Assembly: GCA_020632415.1 (NCBI GenBank)
Contig: JACKFO010000002.1
Location: 322,732-386,731 of the forward strand
From: Candidatus Nomurabacteria bacterium
Lineage (GTDB): Bacteria; Patescibacteriota; Patescibacteriia; UBA1558; GWA2-36-10
Length of the DNA: 64,000 nt
Direction of reading: 5' to 3'
Of this stretch, positions 31,339 through 41,510 are shown one piece after another; within the stretch, counting starts at the first letter, position 1; each line of letters begins with the position of its first letter. Made by a program: the position numbers and the translations under genes. The notes under the pieces were generated by a model, which did no database searches, had not been told where the DNA came from, and was given only the letters and a program-made list of their open reading frames with translations.

Positions 31339-32688
31339 CTAGTCGACGTTCACTGTGCCAACAGCGCCACCGCCTCTGACCTTGATATTGGAGTTTTTCT
31401 TCTCAGCCAAATCTCCAATCTCTTGCAGACAACGCAGACGCTGTTCATAGGTTGCTGTTTCGGGGTTCAGGCCTAAAGCCGCCAAAGCAGCATCAATCTC
31501 TGCTGTGAAAGCCTCGCCATCTGCCTTGCGAAGACGAATCTTACGCTTGGATTCAGACTCAGCGGCGGCCTCAGCATTTTGAGCTTTTTCGATCTCTGGA
31601 TCTCTAGTGGGATCACCAAAGTCCAAAGTATCGAAAGCATGCCCAACGGCCTCCAGCAACTTGCCATTAAGTTCGGTTTGCTTCGAATGATCAAAGGTTA
31701 CGTCCAAACCCTTGACCTGATCGAAACTCATAGAGCTCATGACACTTATCACATCATTGACAATTACTGTGCCAGCTACCTCAACCGAAGTCGACTGATC
31801 CTCAGACGACATCCGCAGAAAACGAGAAGGATGCTGACAAGTAATCACGCCAACTCGAAGATCAATATTGGCAGTAGAGTTGTCTCCTAGCGGCACAAAA
31901 CCAGTCTTGTATTTGCGTTCTATGGCCTCATAACGCAACAGAGTGACGCTATAGAGAAACATCCAAACTGGAATTCCTACTCGGCCCAGATACCAAGGCA
32001 AGATTGGCGCATTTATGTCACTATCACGATGATTGCCGTGATTAGATCCATAAAAATACCAATCGCCAAATTTCTTCCTGATCGGACCTCTCGGAATCAG
32101 AAATGGCCTATTCATGAACTTCGGAACCCAGCGCTCGGTCACTTCCGGCACCATGATCGAACCAATACTCCAGAAAATTGGTAAAGCCAAGAGAAAGACT
32201 GGCTGCCAGATACCAACCATAGCGCAGGTGAAAAAGCCGACAGCAGAAATTACTCCGAACCCGTAAGGTCTGGCCGGAGGCGGAGCTGGTTTTTGACCCT
32301 TGACTACATCACGCTTATCAATGAAAAAGCTGCCGGTCCAAGCTCGGCGGAAAGCGATCACGCCGAAGCCTAGCAAAACAAGGCTGGCGATCAGCTTCCA
32401 CCAAGGGAATTCTCCGTTGAAATTAAGCCAGGAGAAAAGCTGCCAGTTCCACGGCTTCAGCAACAAAGCTGCGTACCAAAGAACAAGTCCAAGCTGCAAA
32501 GCGATCCGAGTCCTCTTATCCTTAGATGTTTTAGGCTTCTTATCCTTGTCCAGATCAACGAGCCAGCTATTCAAGCTCCAGTAGATACTGAGCGGCAAGG
32601 CAAAGAAGATCAGGAAAATAGCGATGCCGTGAACAAATTGTGGGTCTTTCCATCCCACACGGCTGATGATTTTCTCCAAGGCTTCCAT
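31339..32688 (-). CDS. polytopic membrane protein with cytoplasmic C-terminal domain (ORFan, GC-rich cassette F)
   Basis: GC about 50%. RBS GGAGAA. About six TM helices then an approximately 200-aa soluble domain ending in a coiled-coil-like KIRLRKADGEAFTAEIDAALAALG. Confidence 0.55.
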   Translation of the reverse strand: MEALEKIISRVGWKDPQFVHGIAIFLIFFALPLSIYWSLNSWLVDLDKDKKPKTSKDKRTRIALQLGLVLWYAALLLKPWNWQLFSWLNFNGEFPWWKLIASLVLLGFGVIAFRRAWTGSFFIDKRDVVKGQKPAPPPARPYGFGVISAVGFFTCAMVGIWQPVFLLALPIFWSIGSIMVPEVTERWVPKFMNRPFLIPRGPIRKKFGDWYFYGSNHGNHRDSDINAPILPWYLGRVGIPVWMFLYSVTLLRYEAIERKYKTGFVPLGDNSTANIDLRVGVITCQHPSRFLRMSSEDQSTSVEVAGTVIVNDVISVMSSMSFDQVKGLDVTFDHSKQTELNGKLLEAVGHAFDTLDFGDPTRDPEIEKAQNAEAAAESESKRKIRLRKADGEAFTAEIDAALAALGLNPETATYEQRLRCLQEIGDLAEKKNSNIKVRGGGAVGTVNVD

Positions 32689-32786
32689 GGTCGTTCTCCT
32701 TCATTTCGTTTTTTATTCAATCTTGTTTTCGTTGTCGATGAACAGTCGAACAATCGAGCTTGAAAGCTCAAATTATTCAATATAGA

Positions 32787-32815
32787 ATTATATCACATTT
32801 TTACATTTTTGTCAA
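32787..32815 (-). promoter_or_regulatory. consensus promoter TTGACA-17(ends TGA)-TATAAT for the cassette-F gene
   Basis: Minus-strand -35 is the complement of 32810-32815, -10 is the complement of 32787-32792. An approximately 95-nt leader contains the palindrome GAGCTT-ga-AAGCTC (32756-32769). Confidence 0.55.
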
Positions 32816-32873
32816 ACATAAAAGCCCCTATTCACAAAGATTAGAGGCTTTTTGGCTAATACTAGAGAAAATT

Positions 32874-33515
32874 TTATTTTCGCTCTTTTTTAAATAAGAA
32901 ATAAGAATAAATAACTGGAATCAACAATAAAACAATCAAAAGCACAAAAGCAGGGCTCATCAAACCCTCTGGCAAATAGCTGATAAAAATAAACATTGCG
33001 CCAGCAATTATAAACATGTACTTAGCTAATTCGTGAGTTTTTTGCCAAACACTATCACTGGACAAAGTCCATGGAGTTCGAATGCCGATAAACCAATTGG
33101 ATTTAAACTTCGGCATTAAAAAGCCAAAGATAATAAACATTACTCCAATCAATGAACTGACAACTGTGCCAATTGGTAAATTCCAACCTAAATTAGCTAA
33201 ACTAGTAACTACAAATAAAATTGCAAAAAATAATAAAAAAACAAATTGCATAATTTTATAAGCCGAGCCAAATTGAGCATAGTTCATTTTCTTGGGATCG
33301 AGGCGTGGTAAAAATTGAAACAAAAGATAAACAGCTAAAGTTAATAAAGGAAGAAAGATGACTTGAAAATTTTTGCTACTCCAGCCATCAACTTCGCCGG
33401 CAAAATTCCAGTGACTTGCTACCTTGGCTGGTAAAAGTGGGTAAAAATAAATCGCTAAAACAATTACCACCATGACCAAAATTGGATTTAAATAATCTAG
33501 TGTTTTTAATTTCAT
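32874..33515 (-). CDS. SdpI/DUF1648-family membrane protein
   Basis: HWNFAGEVDGWSSK...IGIRTPWTLSSDSVWQKTH motifs. Start trimmed to MKLKTL; the longer track ORF overlaps mutM. Confidence 0.6.
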   Translation of the reverse strand: MKLKTLDYLNPILVMVVIVLAIYFYPLLPAKVASHWNFAGEVDGWSSKNFQVIFLPLLTLAVYLLFQFLPRLDPKKMNYAQFGSAYKIMQFVFLLFFAILFVVTSLANLGWNLPIGTVVSSLIGVMFIIFGFLMPKFKSNWFIGIRTPWTLSSDSVWQKTHELAKYMFIIAGAMFIFISYLPEGLMSPAFVLLIVLLLIPVIYSYFLFKKERK

Positions 33516-33529
33516 ATTTTTAAATTTAA

Positions 33530-34387
33530 TTATTTCTGACAATTTGGGCAAAAAGTAGTACCCCGACCTCCTAATTTTACCTTTTTTAAAGTTTCTCCAC
33601 AAGCAAGACACTTCTCTCCTCCACGTCCATAAACTTTCAGATAATCAACAAAATTTCCTGATCTACCTGAAGCATCTCGATAATCACTAAAAGTTGTGCC
33701 TCGTTTTAAAATTGCTTTCTGAATAATTTTTTCCGTAGCTTGATAAAGTTTTTTTAATTCTACTTCTGATAAAGTATCAATTTTTCTATCCGGTAAAATT
33801 TTTGCTGCGTGACAAATTTCATCCACATAAATATTCCCAAGTCCTGAAATAATTTGTTGATTTAACAAAAATGGTTTTAAGATACTTTTTTTATTAACAA
33901 ATACTTTTTTAAAATTACTAAAAGTAAAATTAGCTTGCAGAGGCTCAATGCCAAAACGCTCTAAAATTTTCTCCAGCTCCATAGCATTGACTAACTGCAT
34001 ATAGCCAAAACGACGCAAGTCATTAAAAAATAACTGAGAATTATCCGCAAAATCTAAAATAATATGCGAATGTTTATTTGGCAAAGCAGAAACATCAGGC
34101 CAATCATGTCCGCCGGCAATGACCTGATCAGACATTTGGTAGATTAATTGACCAGTCATTCGCAAATGACTTAACAAAAAATTTTGCTGATCAGCAAGAT
34201 GAAAAACCAAAAGCTTGCCTTGTCGTCCGATGTCAACAAAGTGCTGACCAGACAAAGTGTCAATAAAATAAGACTTTTTATTTTTAACAGATTTGCTTTG
34301 TTTAACTTGGATCTTCTGGATTTTCTTTCCCAAAATCTTAGTTTTTAAATCTTGTCTAATTGTCTCTACTTCTGGAAGTTCTGGCAT
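33530..34387 (-). CDS. mutM: formamidopyrimidine-DNA glycosylase
   Basis: MPELPEVETIR N-terminal catalytic Pro2/Glu3. C-terminal zinc finger CLACGETL...CPNCQ. Confidence 0.9.
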   Translation of the reverse strand: MPELPEVETIRQDLKTKILGKKIQKIQVKQSKSVKNKKSYFIDTLSGQHFVDIGRQGKLLVFHLADQQNFLLSHLRMTGQLIYQMSDQVIAGGHDWPDVSALPNKHSHIILDFADNSQLFFNDLRRFGYMQLVNAMELEKILERFGIEPLQANFTFSNFKKVFVNKKSILKPFLLNQQIISGLGNIYVDEICHAAKILPDRKIDTLSEVELKKLYQATEKIIQKAILKRGTTFSDYRDASGRSGNFVDYLKVYGRGGEKCLACGETLKKVKLGGRGTTFCPNCQK

Positions 34388-34388
34388 T

Positions 34389-34844
34389 TTATTTTTTTGA
34401 CAAAACTATTTTACCCAATTCTACAACAAATTCAGCGATACTATAATAAAAACCAAAAAGACCTAAATACAACAAAACTACAGTGAGGTATAAATCAAAA
34501 TTCATCGAAAGATTACCGCCTGTTCCTGCTAATGAAAAACCATGAGCAATTAGCATGAAAATACTAGACAAAATCAACGTGAAAGAAATTCTTGGTAAAA
34601 TTTTCTCTTGCCCTGCTATTAAATATTTTTCTCTAATAGATAAAATAAAGGTTCCAACAACAAAAGCAAAAGAAATCAGATACCACAGTTGCATAACAAA
34701 ACTTTCTCCAATTGAAATTTTTAAGACATCATTAGCACCTGAAAAAATCAGAATAGCAAGTAAAATCTTAAACCAAGATTTAAGAATGTAAGCTAATATT
34801 TTTTCTAATTTATCTAAAATCTTCATCGCTGTATTTCGAAACAT
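34389..34844 (-). CDS. hypothetical small polytopic membrane protein
   Basis: Four hydrophobic helices. Adjacent to mutM with only a 1-nt gap. Confidence 0.4.
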   Translation of the reverse strand: MFRNTAMKILDKLEKILAYILKSWFKILLAILIFSGANDVLKISIGESFVMQLWYLISFAFVVGTFILSIREKYLIAGQEKILPRISFTLILSSIFMLIAHGFSLAGTGGNLSMNFDLYLTVVLLYLGLFGFYYSIAEFVVELGKIVLSKK

Positions 34845-34944
34845 TTTTTAGTAAAATAGCATATTTTTAATACTTTTACTACTCAATAGTATATTGCTTT
34901 GATGGTTTTTGTCAAACAAAAAAACAGCCTTTCGGCTGAAAAAG

Positions 34945-35019
<75 letters not shown>

Positions 35020-35029
35020 TTGAAATAAA

Positions 35030-35281
35030 TTATAATAAATTTTTAAGTAACTTTTCTTTTTGAGCTTTGGTCCAAGTTTTAATTTCCGCTTCTCTTTGCA
35101 TTGCTTCAGAAATAGTCTTGAACTCTTCTGAGTAAATAATTTTTACTGGTCTTCTGGCCTTTGTATATTTAGCTCCTTCTCCTACATTGTGTTTTGCTTC
35201 TCTGTCTTTTAAATTAACAGTATACCCAGTATACAAAGAGTTATCTTTACATCTTGCTAAATAAACATGATATTTCTTCAT
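35030..35281 (-). CDS. small GIY-YIG nuclease-family protein (YhbQ/UPF0213-like)
   Basis: YHVYLARCKDNSLYTGYTVNLKDREAKHN...VKIIYSEEF. Start trimmed to MKKYHV; the track ORF's N-terminal extension is tRNA-Tyr read as protein. Confidence 0.7.
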   Translation of the reverse strand: MKKYHVYLARCKDNSLYTGYTVNLKDREAKHNVGEGAKYTKARRPVKIIYSEEFKTISEAMQREAEIKTWTKAQKEKLLKNLL

Positions 35282-35298
35282 CGCTTTTCTTACTAAAA

Positions 35299-35386
35299 TG
35301 GTGGGCCGGGTAGGATTCGAACCTACGAAGGCGAAAGCCAGCAGATTTACAGTCTGCCCCGGTTGACCGCTTCGGTACCGACCCAT
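35299..35386 (-). tRNA. tRNA-Tyr (anticodon GUA), class II with long variable arm
   Basis: GGGTCGGTACCGAAGCGGTCAACCGGGGCAGACTGTAAATCTGCTGGCTTTCGCCTTCGTAGGTTCGAATCCTACCCGGCCCACCA. Confidence 0.85.
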
Positions 35387-35434
35387 GAAAAAAAATAAAA
35401 ACCCGTGTTATCCCAAGTAGTTGAGAAAGGGGTG

Positions 35435-35452
35435 CAAGGGGAAATTCCCCTT
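35435..35452. repeat. palindromic hairpin element CAAGGGGAA-a-TTCCCCTTG (copy 1 of 2)
   Basis: A related copy CCAAGGGGAacaaattTCCCCTTGG lies at 56523-56548, where it acts as the argS terminator. Confidence 0.45.
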
Positions 35453-35460
35453 GATAAAAA

Positions 35461-36348
35461 TTAAACTAATTCGTCTATTTCTTCGATAAAATGTGCAATT
35501 TTTTGATTATCTGGATTGACTTCCTGTAATTTTGCCAAATATCTATTTGCCAATTCTTTATCTTGGATAATTATACTAATATTTATCAAAAAGTCAAGAA
35601 TCTTTGGATTATTTGGTGAAAGCAATAATGCTCTTTGAGCAGTTTCTAGAGCCTGTTCTTGATCATCGAGATCTAGATAAACTTCTGCGAGTGACAAAAA
35701 ATTTAAGTGATTATCATCAGATAAAGAAATAGACTGCAAATACTCTTCCTCTGCCTGTTTTAAATTACCTCTAACTTTGGAAATTTCTGCTAAAGAAGTA
35801 AAAACGCCAGCGTCAGCATTGTGAGTCAATTTCAAAAGATATTTCAAAGTTTCTTTGGCTTGTTCGTATTCTTTTTTTTCACGATAAACATTGGCTAGCA
35901 ATTTATAAACATCAACGCTATAAGGATCAACTGACAAAGCATCAATCAAAACTTCTTCTGCTTTAGAGTACTCTTCGTTGTTAAACAAAATCTTAGCTTC
36001 AGTCAAAAGCTCATCAACAGTTTGTGATTTACTCAAGGTAGAAGAAAATTGCTCCTGACTACGACGACGCAAATCTCTTTCTAATTCTTTTAGCTTGCCA
36101 TAATTATTTTTGAACCAATCAAAAACTCTATCCCGTGCCGGCAAAGAAACATGACGCCAAAAAGAAAAAACTTTTCCCAAATCTCTTTTTAATCTAGTTT
36201 TTAAAATATCATCTTTCTTTTGCTTATTCTGAATATGTGGCAAACTCTCAACATTGATGTTAGATAAATGAGGTAATTTTTGATACAACAACCAAGCCAA
36301 ATAAGCAAGGCTCAATAAAATTATTAAAATTAGAAAAATATTTAACAT
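35461..36348 (-). CDS. membrane-anchored TPR-repeat protein
   Basis: N-terminal TM. Multiple TPR-like helical repeats (AEISKVRGNLKQAEEEYLQSISL...). Confidence 0.6.
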   Translation of the reverse strand: MLNIFLILIILLSLAYLAWLLYQKLPHLSNINVESLPHIQNKQKKDDILKTRLKRDLGKVFSFWRHVSLPARDRVFDWFKNNYGKLKELERDLRRRSQEQFSSTLSKSQTVDELLTEAKILFNNEEYSKAEEVLIDALSVDPYSVDVYKLLANVYREKKEYEQAKETLKYLLKLTHNADAGVFTSLAEISKVRGNLKQAEEEYLQSISLSDDNHLNFLSLAEVYLDLDDQEQALETAQRALLLSPNNPKILDFLINISIIIQDKELANRYLAKLQEVNPDNQKIAHFIEEIDELV

Positions 36349-36366
36349 ACCCAGTTAGAAATTTAT

Positions 36367-37236
36367 TTAAGCTTTGTTGCTGCTGCCAAAAATTTTGATC
36401 ATTTTTTCTACCTCTTTTTGCATCGCATCAATACTTGGTTGCATAATCTTCCGTGGGTCAATTTTGTCCATCTTAGCATTTACTGTCTTTTGCAAAGAAT
36501 TTTTGAAAGCAATGCGTAAATTAGTATCAATATTTATCACGGAAATGCCATTTTTAATGGCTGTTTTAAAGGTTTGTGAAGACAAACCGCTACCACCATG
36601 CAAAACCAGAGGTACCTTAACCGAAGCGGCTATTTTTTGCAAGCGTGCCTGGTCTACTTTTTCCACACCTTTGAAATGTCCATGAATCGTACCGACAGAA
36701 ACAGCCAAAGTATCTACGCCTGTTTTCTGGATAAATTCCGCAGCTTTTCCTGGATCAGTCATCAAATCTTCCATTTTGATTTCGCCCATTTCTAGTTTTA
36801 ACAAACCCTCTGCTCCTAAAATAGTTCCTAATTCTGCTTGCGCCCAAATTTTTTTAGCATGAGCGACTCGAGCGATTTTTTGAGACAAACTAATATTCTT
36901 TTGCCACTTCTCTAAGCTAGCGTCAATGTGAACGGAATTATAACCAATCTTAATGCACTCTTGAATTAATTTTAAGTCTTTACCGTGATCCAAATGAATT
37001 GCAATCGGTACTTTCTTGCCAACAGTATTAGCTAAAGTAGTCATGATCGCAAATAATGTTTCTAAATTGGAGTAGCGAATCGCTGACTCAGAAGTCTGAA
37101 TAATCACCGGGGATTTCTGAGCTACTGCTGCACGGACAATTGCTAAAGTTATTTCTAAATTGGAAGTATTAAAAGCGCCAACAGCATATTTTTGCTTTTT
37201 GGCTTTATTAATAATTTGAGAAATTGGAACAATCAT
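36367..37236 (-). CDS. fba: class II fructose-bisphosphate aldolase
   Basis: Class II aldolase TIM barrel: IAIHLDHGKD, HGGSGL metal and substrate ligands. Confidence 0.85.
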   Translation of the reverse strand: MIVPISQIINKAKKQKYAVGAFNTSNLEITLAIVRAAVAQKSPVIIQTSESAIRYSNLETLFAIMTTLANTVGKKVPIAIHLDHGKDLKLIQECIKIGYNSVHIDASLEKWQKNISLSQKIARVAHAKKIWAQAELGTILGAEGLLKLEMGEIKMEDLMTDPGKAAEFIQKTGVDTLAVSVGTIHGHFKGVEKVDQARLQKIAASVKVPLVLHGGSGLSSQTFKTAIKNGISVINIDTNLRIAFKNSLQKTVNAKMDKIDPRKIMQPSIDAMQKEVEKMIKIFGSSNKA

Positions 37237-38003
37237 AAGACTGATTTTTTAATTAATTCAATAAAAGTACCTGCTTCTAAACTTGCGCCACCAACCAAAG
37301 CGCCATCGATTTCTTTTGTTTTGACAAAAGACTCAATGTTCTCTGGGGTAACTGAGCCACCATACAAAATTTTGACCAAAGGCAAATCCGCGCCTTCCAA
37401 AACATCGATTAAGCTTTGTTTGATGATCAAAGCTGTATGTCGTGCTTCTTCTGGCTGTGTTGCTTGTCCAGAACCGATCGCCCAAACTGGCTCATAAGCA
37501 ATAATCAAATTCTGTTCGGGTTTGATATCCACACCTTTTAGGGCAGTTTGTACTTGCTGCATAATCACTAAATCTTTGCGCCCTTCTTTTCTTTCGTCAA
37601 AAGTCTCGCCAACGCAAAGCACGGGCGTTAAATCATTTTTTAAAGCAGTAATAATCTTTTTGTTAACCTCAACATAATCTTCATGAGCAAACTGGCGTCT
37701 TTCTGAGTGCGCCAAAATTAAATAATGACAAGAAAAATATTTCAAATTTACTGGAGAAATTTGACTAGTAAAAGAGCCAAAATCTTCTGACCAAGCATCT
37801 TGTGCTCCTAGTTTGACGCCAGTGTTTTTTAAAATTTGAGAAACTAAGGGTAAACTCAAAAAATCTGGCGCAATACCAATGTCTACACTTTTAGCTAATT
37901 TCCCGGTAACAAGTTTTTTTAATTGTTTGGCTTGCTTAACAGATTCTTCAACTGTTAATTTCATTTTCCAATTACCAATTACAATTTTTTTCTCCATATT
38001 CAT
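37233..38003 (-). CDS. tpiA: triosephosphate isomerase
   Basis: IGNWKMK, AYEPVWAIGSGQ catalytic loop, GGSV. Overlaps the fba start by 4 nt. Confidence 0.92.
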   Translation of the reverse strand: MNMEKKIVIGNWKMKLTVEESVKQAKQLKKLVTGKLAKSVDIGIAPDFLSLPLVSQILKNTGVKLGAQDAWSEDFGSFTSQISPVNLKYFSCHYLILAHSERRQFAHEDYVEVNKKIITALKNDLTPVLCVGETFDERKEGRKDLVIMQQVQTALKGVDIKPEQNLIIAYEPVWAIGSGQATQPEEARHTALIIKQSLIDVLEGADLPLVKILYGGSVTPENIESFVKTKEIDGALVGGASLEAGTFIELIKKSVL

Positions 38004-38491
38004 TATAAATTAAAAAAAGAAAATAGACCGAGAGAAATCAAAGTCACTAAAATACCAGCTAAAATCACCCCAGCAGTAATATAAAAAATTGATTCTTTTT
38101 TGGAAATATCAAACAACCAAGCGGCTATCGATCCGGTCCAAGCGCCAGTTCCTGGCAAAGGAATGGCTACAAAAAACATTAAAGCTATTTTACCCCAAGT
38201 AGCGTAGCCAGAATCAAATCTTCTTCTGGTCTTGGCAAAAAGCCAAGAAAAAAATCGATCAGCTGACTTAAAGTTTTTTCTTAAAACTTGGGAAATAGGT
38301 CCAATAAAATAAATAATCAAAATAGCTGGAATAATATCCCCCAAAATTGACCATAAAAAAGCTGACCAAATTGGTAAATTCAAAACTTGTAAAGCAAAAG
38401 GAATAGAAAACCTCAATTCCGTCACTGGCAACATTGCCAAAATCAAAGTCAATAATTCTGGGCTTAAAGGCAAATTATATAAAAAATCCAT
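38003..38491 (-). CDS. small multidrug-export-family (Sm_multidrug_ex-like) membrane protein
   Basis: LPVTELRFSIPFAL...FFVAIPLPGTGAWTGSIAAWLF matches the family consensus. Confidence 0.55.
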   Translation of the reverse strand: MDFLYNLPLSPELLTLILAMLPVTELRFSIPFALQVLNLPIWSAFLWSILGDIIPAILIIYFIGPISQVLRKNFKSADRFFSWLFAKTRRRFDSGYATWGKIALMFFVAIPLPGTGAWTGSIAAWLFDISKKESIFYITAGVILAGILVTLISLGLFSFFNL

Positions 38492-38523
38492 ATCGTTCTA
38501 ATTATAAGCTAAAACCGGCTTAT

Positions 38524-39426
38524 TTACCAGTTAAAATTATTTAAAGTCCAAGCTAATAAAATTTTTAAATCTTGAAAACGATCTTCATGTGTTTTGGATC
38601 CCAAAACTACACCAATGATTTTATGACCATCTTTTGAACGGGCTTCTGAAACCAAGCAATAACCAGCGGAATTAATGAATCCTGTTTTACCAGCAATAAT
38701 ATCCAAATAACTATCTAACAATTTATTTGTCGAAAATATTTTATGCGCTCTGCCGCTAAAATCATTAAAATTATAAATTCTTTTTTCTGTTGCTGCTTGA
38801 ATATCTTTATTTTCTAAAGCAATTTTTGCTAATTGTAAAATTTCTAAAGCAGTAGAATGATTTTGATCAGTCAAACCAGTCAGGTCTTCAAAATGTGTAT
38901 TTTTTAATCCCAAAGATTCTGCTTTTTGATTCATCAGTTTAATAAAATCATTTTTGGCAATTCCCGTGCTCCGCACCAAAGCATTAATCGCGTTATTATC
39001 TGAGGCAATCAAGCCAGCATAAAACAAATCTTTAACTGTCACTGTTTCGCCACGCAAAATATTTGGCGCTGCTCCACCGACCTCATCAGAAATCTGCATA
39101 GTCACTGATTTGTTCCAACCAGGATTGTGCTCTAGAAAAACCAAAGTTGTCATTAGTTTGGTAATGCTAGCCAGCGATCTAACTTCTTCAGCATTTTTTT
39201 GCCACAAAATTGCTCCACTTGCCAGATCCAAGATTGCTGCTGATTCAGCGGTAATTTTTACTCCCCAGGAATCAAAATTATTTTTCTGCGGCGCCTTACT
39301 AGAGCTACTCAGTTCTTGCTTTGTAAGATTGACATTTTGTTCTTGCAAACTTAAAACCGGCGCAAAATTCAAAGGCGCCGCAATTAAATTTAAACTCAAA
39401 AAAATTGTCGCCAAAACTTCCCACAT
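38524..39426 (-). CDS. serine-type D-Ala-D-Ala carboxypeptidase (S11, DacA-like)
   Basis: Signal peptide. SITK (SxxK), SDN (SxN) and KTGF (KTG) motifs. Confidence 0.8.
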   Translation of the reverse strand: MWEVLATIFLSLNLIAAPLNFAPVLSLQEQNVNLTKQELSSSSKAPQKNNFDSWGVKITAESAAILDLASGAILWQKNAEEVRSLASITKLMTTLVFLEHNPGWNKSVTMQISDEVGGAAPNILRGETVTVKDLFYAGLIASDNNAINALVRSTGIAKNDFIKLMNQKAESLGLKNTHFEDLTGLTDQNHSTALEILQLAKIALENKDIQAATEKRIYNFNDFSGRAHKIFSTNKLLDSYLDIIAGKTGFINSAGYCLVSEARSKDGHKIIGVVLGSKTHEDRFQDLKILLAWTLNNFNW

Positions 39427-40103
39427 TAAGCAATCTCCTCTTTCTTAATTTTCTTAAATTTACCAACTGGTAAATTTTTAATGTTTAATTTTCCTTCACT
39501 TAAGCGAATCAAAGTTAACACTTGTAAACCACAAACTTTGAGCATTCTTCTGATTTGTCTTTTCCAGCCTTGATGTAAAACAATTTCTAATTCAAATTTA
39601 TTTTTTATTTTTACTTGATCAGCTTTGGCTATTCCTTCTTCTAGTTTAATACCTTTTTTCAATTTCTTAACTATCTCTTCATCCAAAATCTTATCAACAC
39701 GCACTAAATATGTTTTAGAAACTTTAAATTTAGGATGAGTAAGCTGATAAGTTAAATCTCCGTCATTAGTTAACAATAATAAACCCTGGCTATCCTTATC
39801 CAAACGCCCAACTGGGTAAACTGCCGGCTGTTTTGGTACTAGTTGCAAAACATTTTTTGAATTGTGCGGATCACTAACTGAACAAATATAAGCTACCGGC
39901 TTATTTAACAAATAATAAACTTTCTCAACATCGCCAACTATTTTATTATCAAATTTCACTTCGTCTTCCTCACTTACTTTAGTAGCAAGTTCGGTAATTA
40001 TTTTATTATTTACTTTTATTTTGCCTGACAAAATTAGCTCCTCCGCCTTACGGCGAGAAGCAATTCCGTGATTTGCTAAAAATTTTGCTAAGCGTTCAGC
40101 CAT
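39426..40103 (-). CDS. rluB: RsuA/RluB-family 16S/23S rRNA pseudouridine synthase
   Basis: N-terminal S4 domain (KFLANHGIASRRKAEELI). Catalytic VGRLDKDSQGLLLLTNDG. Confidence 0.85.
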   Translation of the reverse strand: MAERLAKFLANHGIASRRKAEELILSGKIKVNNKIITELATKVSEEDEVKFDNKIVGDVEKVYYLLNKPVAYICSVSDPHNSKNVLQLVPKQPAVYPVGRLDKDSQGLLLLTNDGDLTYQLTHPKFKVSKTYLVRVDKILDEEIVKKLKKGIKLEEGIAKADQVKIKNKFELEIVLHQGWKRQIRRMLKVCGLQVLTLIRLSEGKLNIKNLPVGKFKKIKKEEIA

Positions 40104-40750
40104 TATTCTTGCTCTTTATTTTCTACGAGATTTTCTACTTCTGCGCTTTGCTCAAGTTCTTGGTTTTTTGCCGCTGCCGCGGGGGCTGCTTCATCGGAGT
40201 TTTGACTTGCTTCTAATAATTTTTCTAAATTCTCATTGCTATTCAAACTAGCAAATTCTGGCAAAGCCTCTACAGAATCAATGCCTAAATGCCGTAAAAA
40301 ATCTAAAGTTACTGAATATTTTGCTGCTAAATCATTTTTCTCTTCTCGTGATTCAATCAATCCCCGAATCATCAGATTGCGTAAAATCACGCTACAATTT
40401 ACTCCTCTGATTTGCTCTAGCTCTTCTTTGGAAATGGGCTGGCGATAAGCAATAATCGTCAAAGTCTCTAAAGAAGGTTTGCTTAACTCTCCGCTACTTT
40501 CATCTTCAAAAAACTCTCGTAAAAAATCTGCATACTCTGGATTTGTCACAAACTGTATTTTTTCATTGTTGATTGCCAAATGAATGCCACTTTCTGCTTT
40601 GTTATATTTTTCTTGTAATTCAAAAATCACCTGATCAAGCTCTTCTTTGCTACTTTCAAACAAAGTAAGTAATTCTTTTTTAGCAATTGGTTTACCGAGT
40701 GCTAATAACAAACTTTCTAAAGCAGCAATTTTTATTTTTTGTTCTGACAT
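40103..40750 (-). CDS. scpB: segregation and condensation protein B
   Basis: Tandem winged-helix ScpB architecture. Directly downstream of scpA. Confidence 0.8.
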   Translation of the reverse strand: MSEQKIKIAALESLLLALGKPIAKKELLTLFESSKEELDQVIFELQEKYNKAESGIHLAINNEKIQFVTNPEYADFLREFFEDESSGELSKPSLETLTIIAYRQPISKEELEQIRGVNCSVILRNLMIRGLIESREEKNDLAAKYSVTLDFLRHLGIDSVEALPEFASLNSNENLEKLLEASQNSDEAAPAAAAKNQELEQSAEVENLVENKEQE

Positions 40751-40761
40751 ATTTTAAAGTC

Positions 40762-41502
40762 TTAAAATTCTATTTCTTGATTTTTGTCTCGCCTCGATTC
40801 GGCGAAGCCGGTCAAAATATTCACTTCGCCAAAAAGAGCATCTTGATTAACAACAATTTCTCGTTGTTTAACTAATTCTAACATCGCTAAAAAACTGACA
40901 ATGATCTCTGTTTTGTCTTTTTTGTCTTTTAACAAATTACCAAAGGTTAATCTTGAACTATTTTTAATTAATTCTTTGATGTGTGAAATTTTTTCACCAA
41001 TTGAAATTGCTTTGGCAATCACTACTTTTGGTAAATCAACAATTCGTTTAATTTTATTTAAGGCAATTTCAAAAAAATCTTTCAAAATTTCTAAAGAAAC
41101 ATTGCTTGGCGGATTAAATCCCTCAGCTTTTTCTAACTTATAAGGATTTTGGCGAGTATAAGTTTGGCGATTCAAAGACCAAAGGGCATCTATCTTTTTA
41201 CTAGCCTCATAATACTGTCGATAAATCTTCAATTGTTTTTCCAAATTCTGAGCATCTTCGTCAGCTTCCAACTCTAGATTTGGTAATAAATATTTTGATT
41301 TCAGATAAATTAATTTGGAGGCAATTAGCAAAAAATCTGCCACTTCTTCACTGGCAATGTCTTCACTGTTATCTATATAATCCAAGTACTGATCAGTAAC
41401 AAGGCTCAAAGAAATTTCAGTGATTTGTAATTTTTGTTTTTCGATTAGTTGCAAAAGAAGATCAAGTGGACCTTCAAATTGCTCCAAAGAAATTTTGTGC
41501 AT
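40762..41502 (-). CDS. scpA: segregation and condensation protein A
   Basis: MHKISLEQFEGPLDLLLQLIEKQKL is the canonical ScpA N-terminus. Confidence 0.85.
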   Translation of the reverse strand: MHKISLEQFEGPLDLLLQLIEKQKLQITEISLSLVTDQYLDYIDNSEDIASEEVADFLLIASKLIYLKSKYLLPNLELEADEDAQNLEKQLKIYRQYYEASKKIDALWSLNRQTYTRQNPYKLEKAEGFNPPSNVSLEILKDFFEIALNKIKRIVDLPKVVIAKAISIGEKISHIKELIKNSSRLTFGNLLKDKKDKTEIIVSFLAMLELVKQREIVVNQDALFGEVNILTGFAESRRDKNQEIEF

Positions 41503-41510
41503 TATTTATT

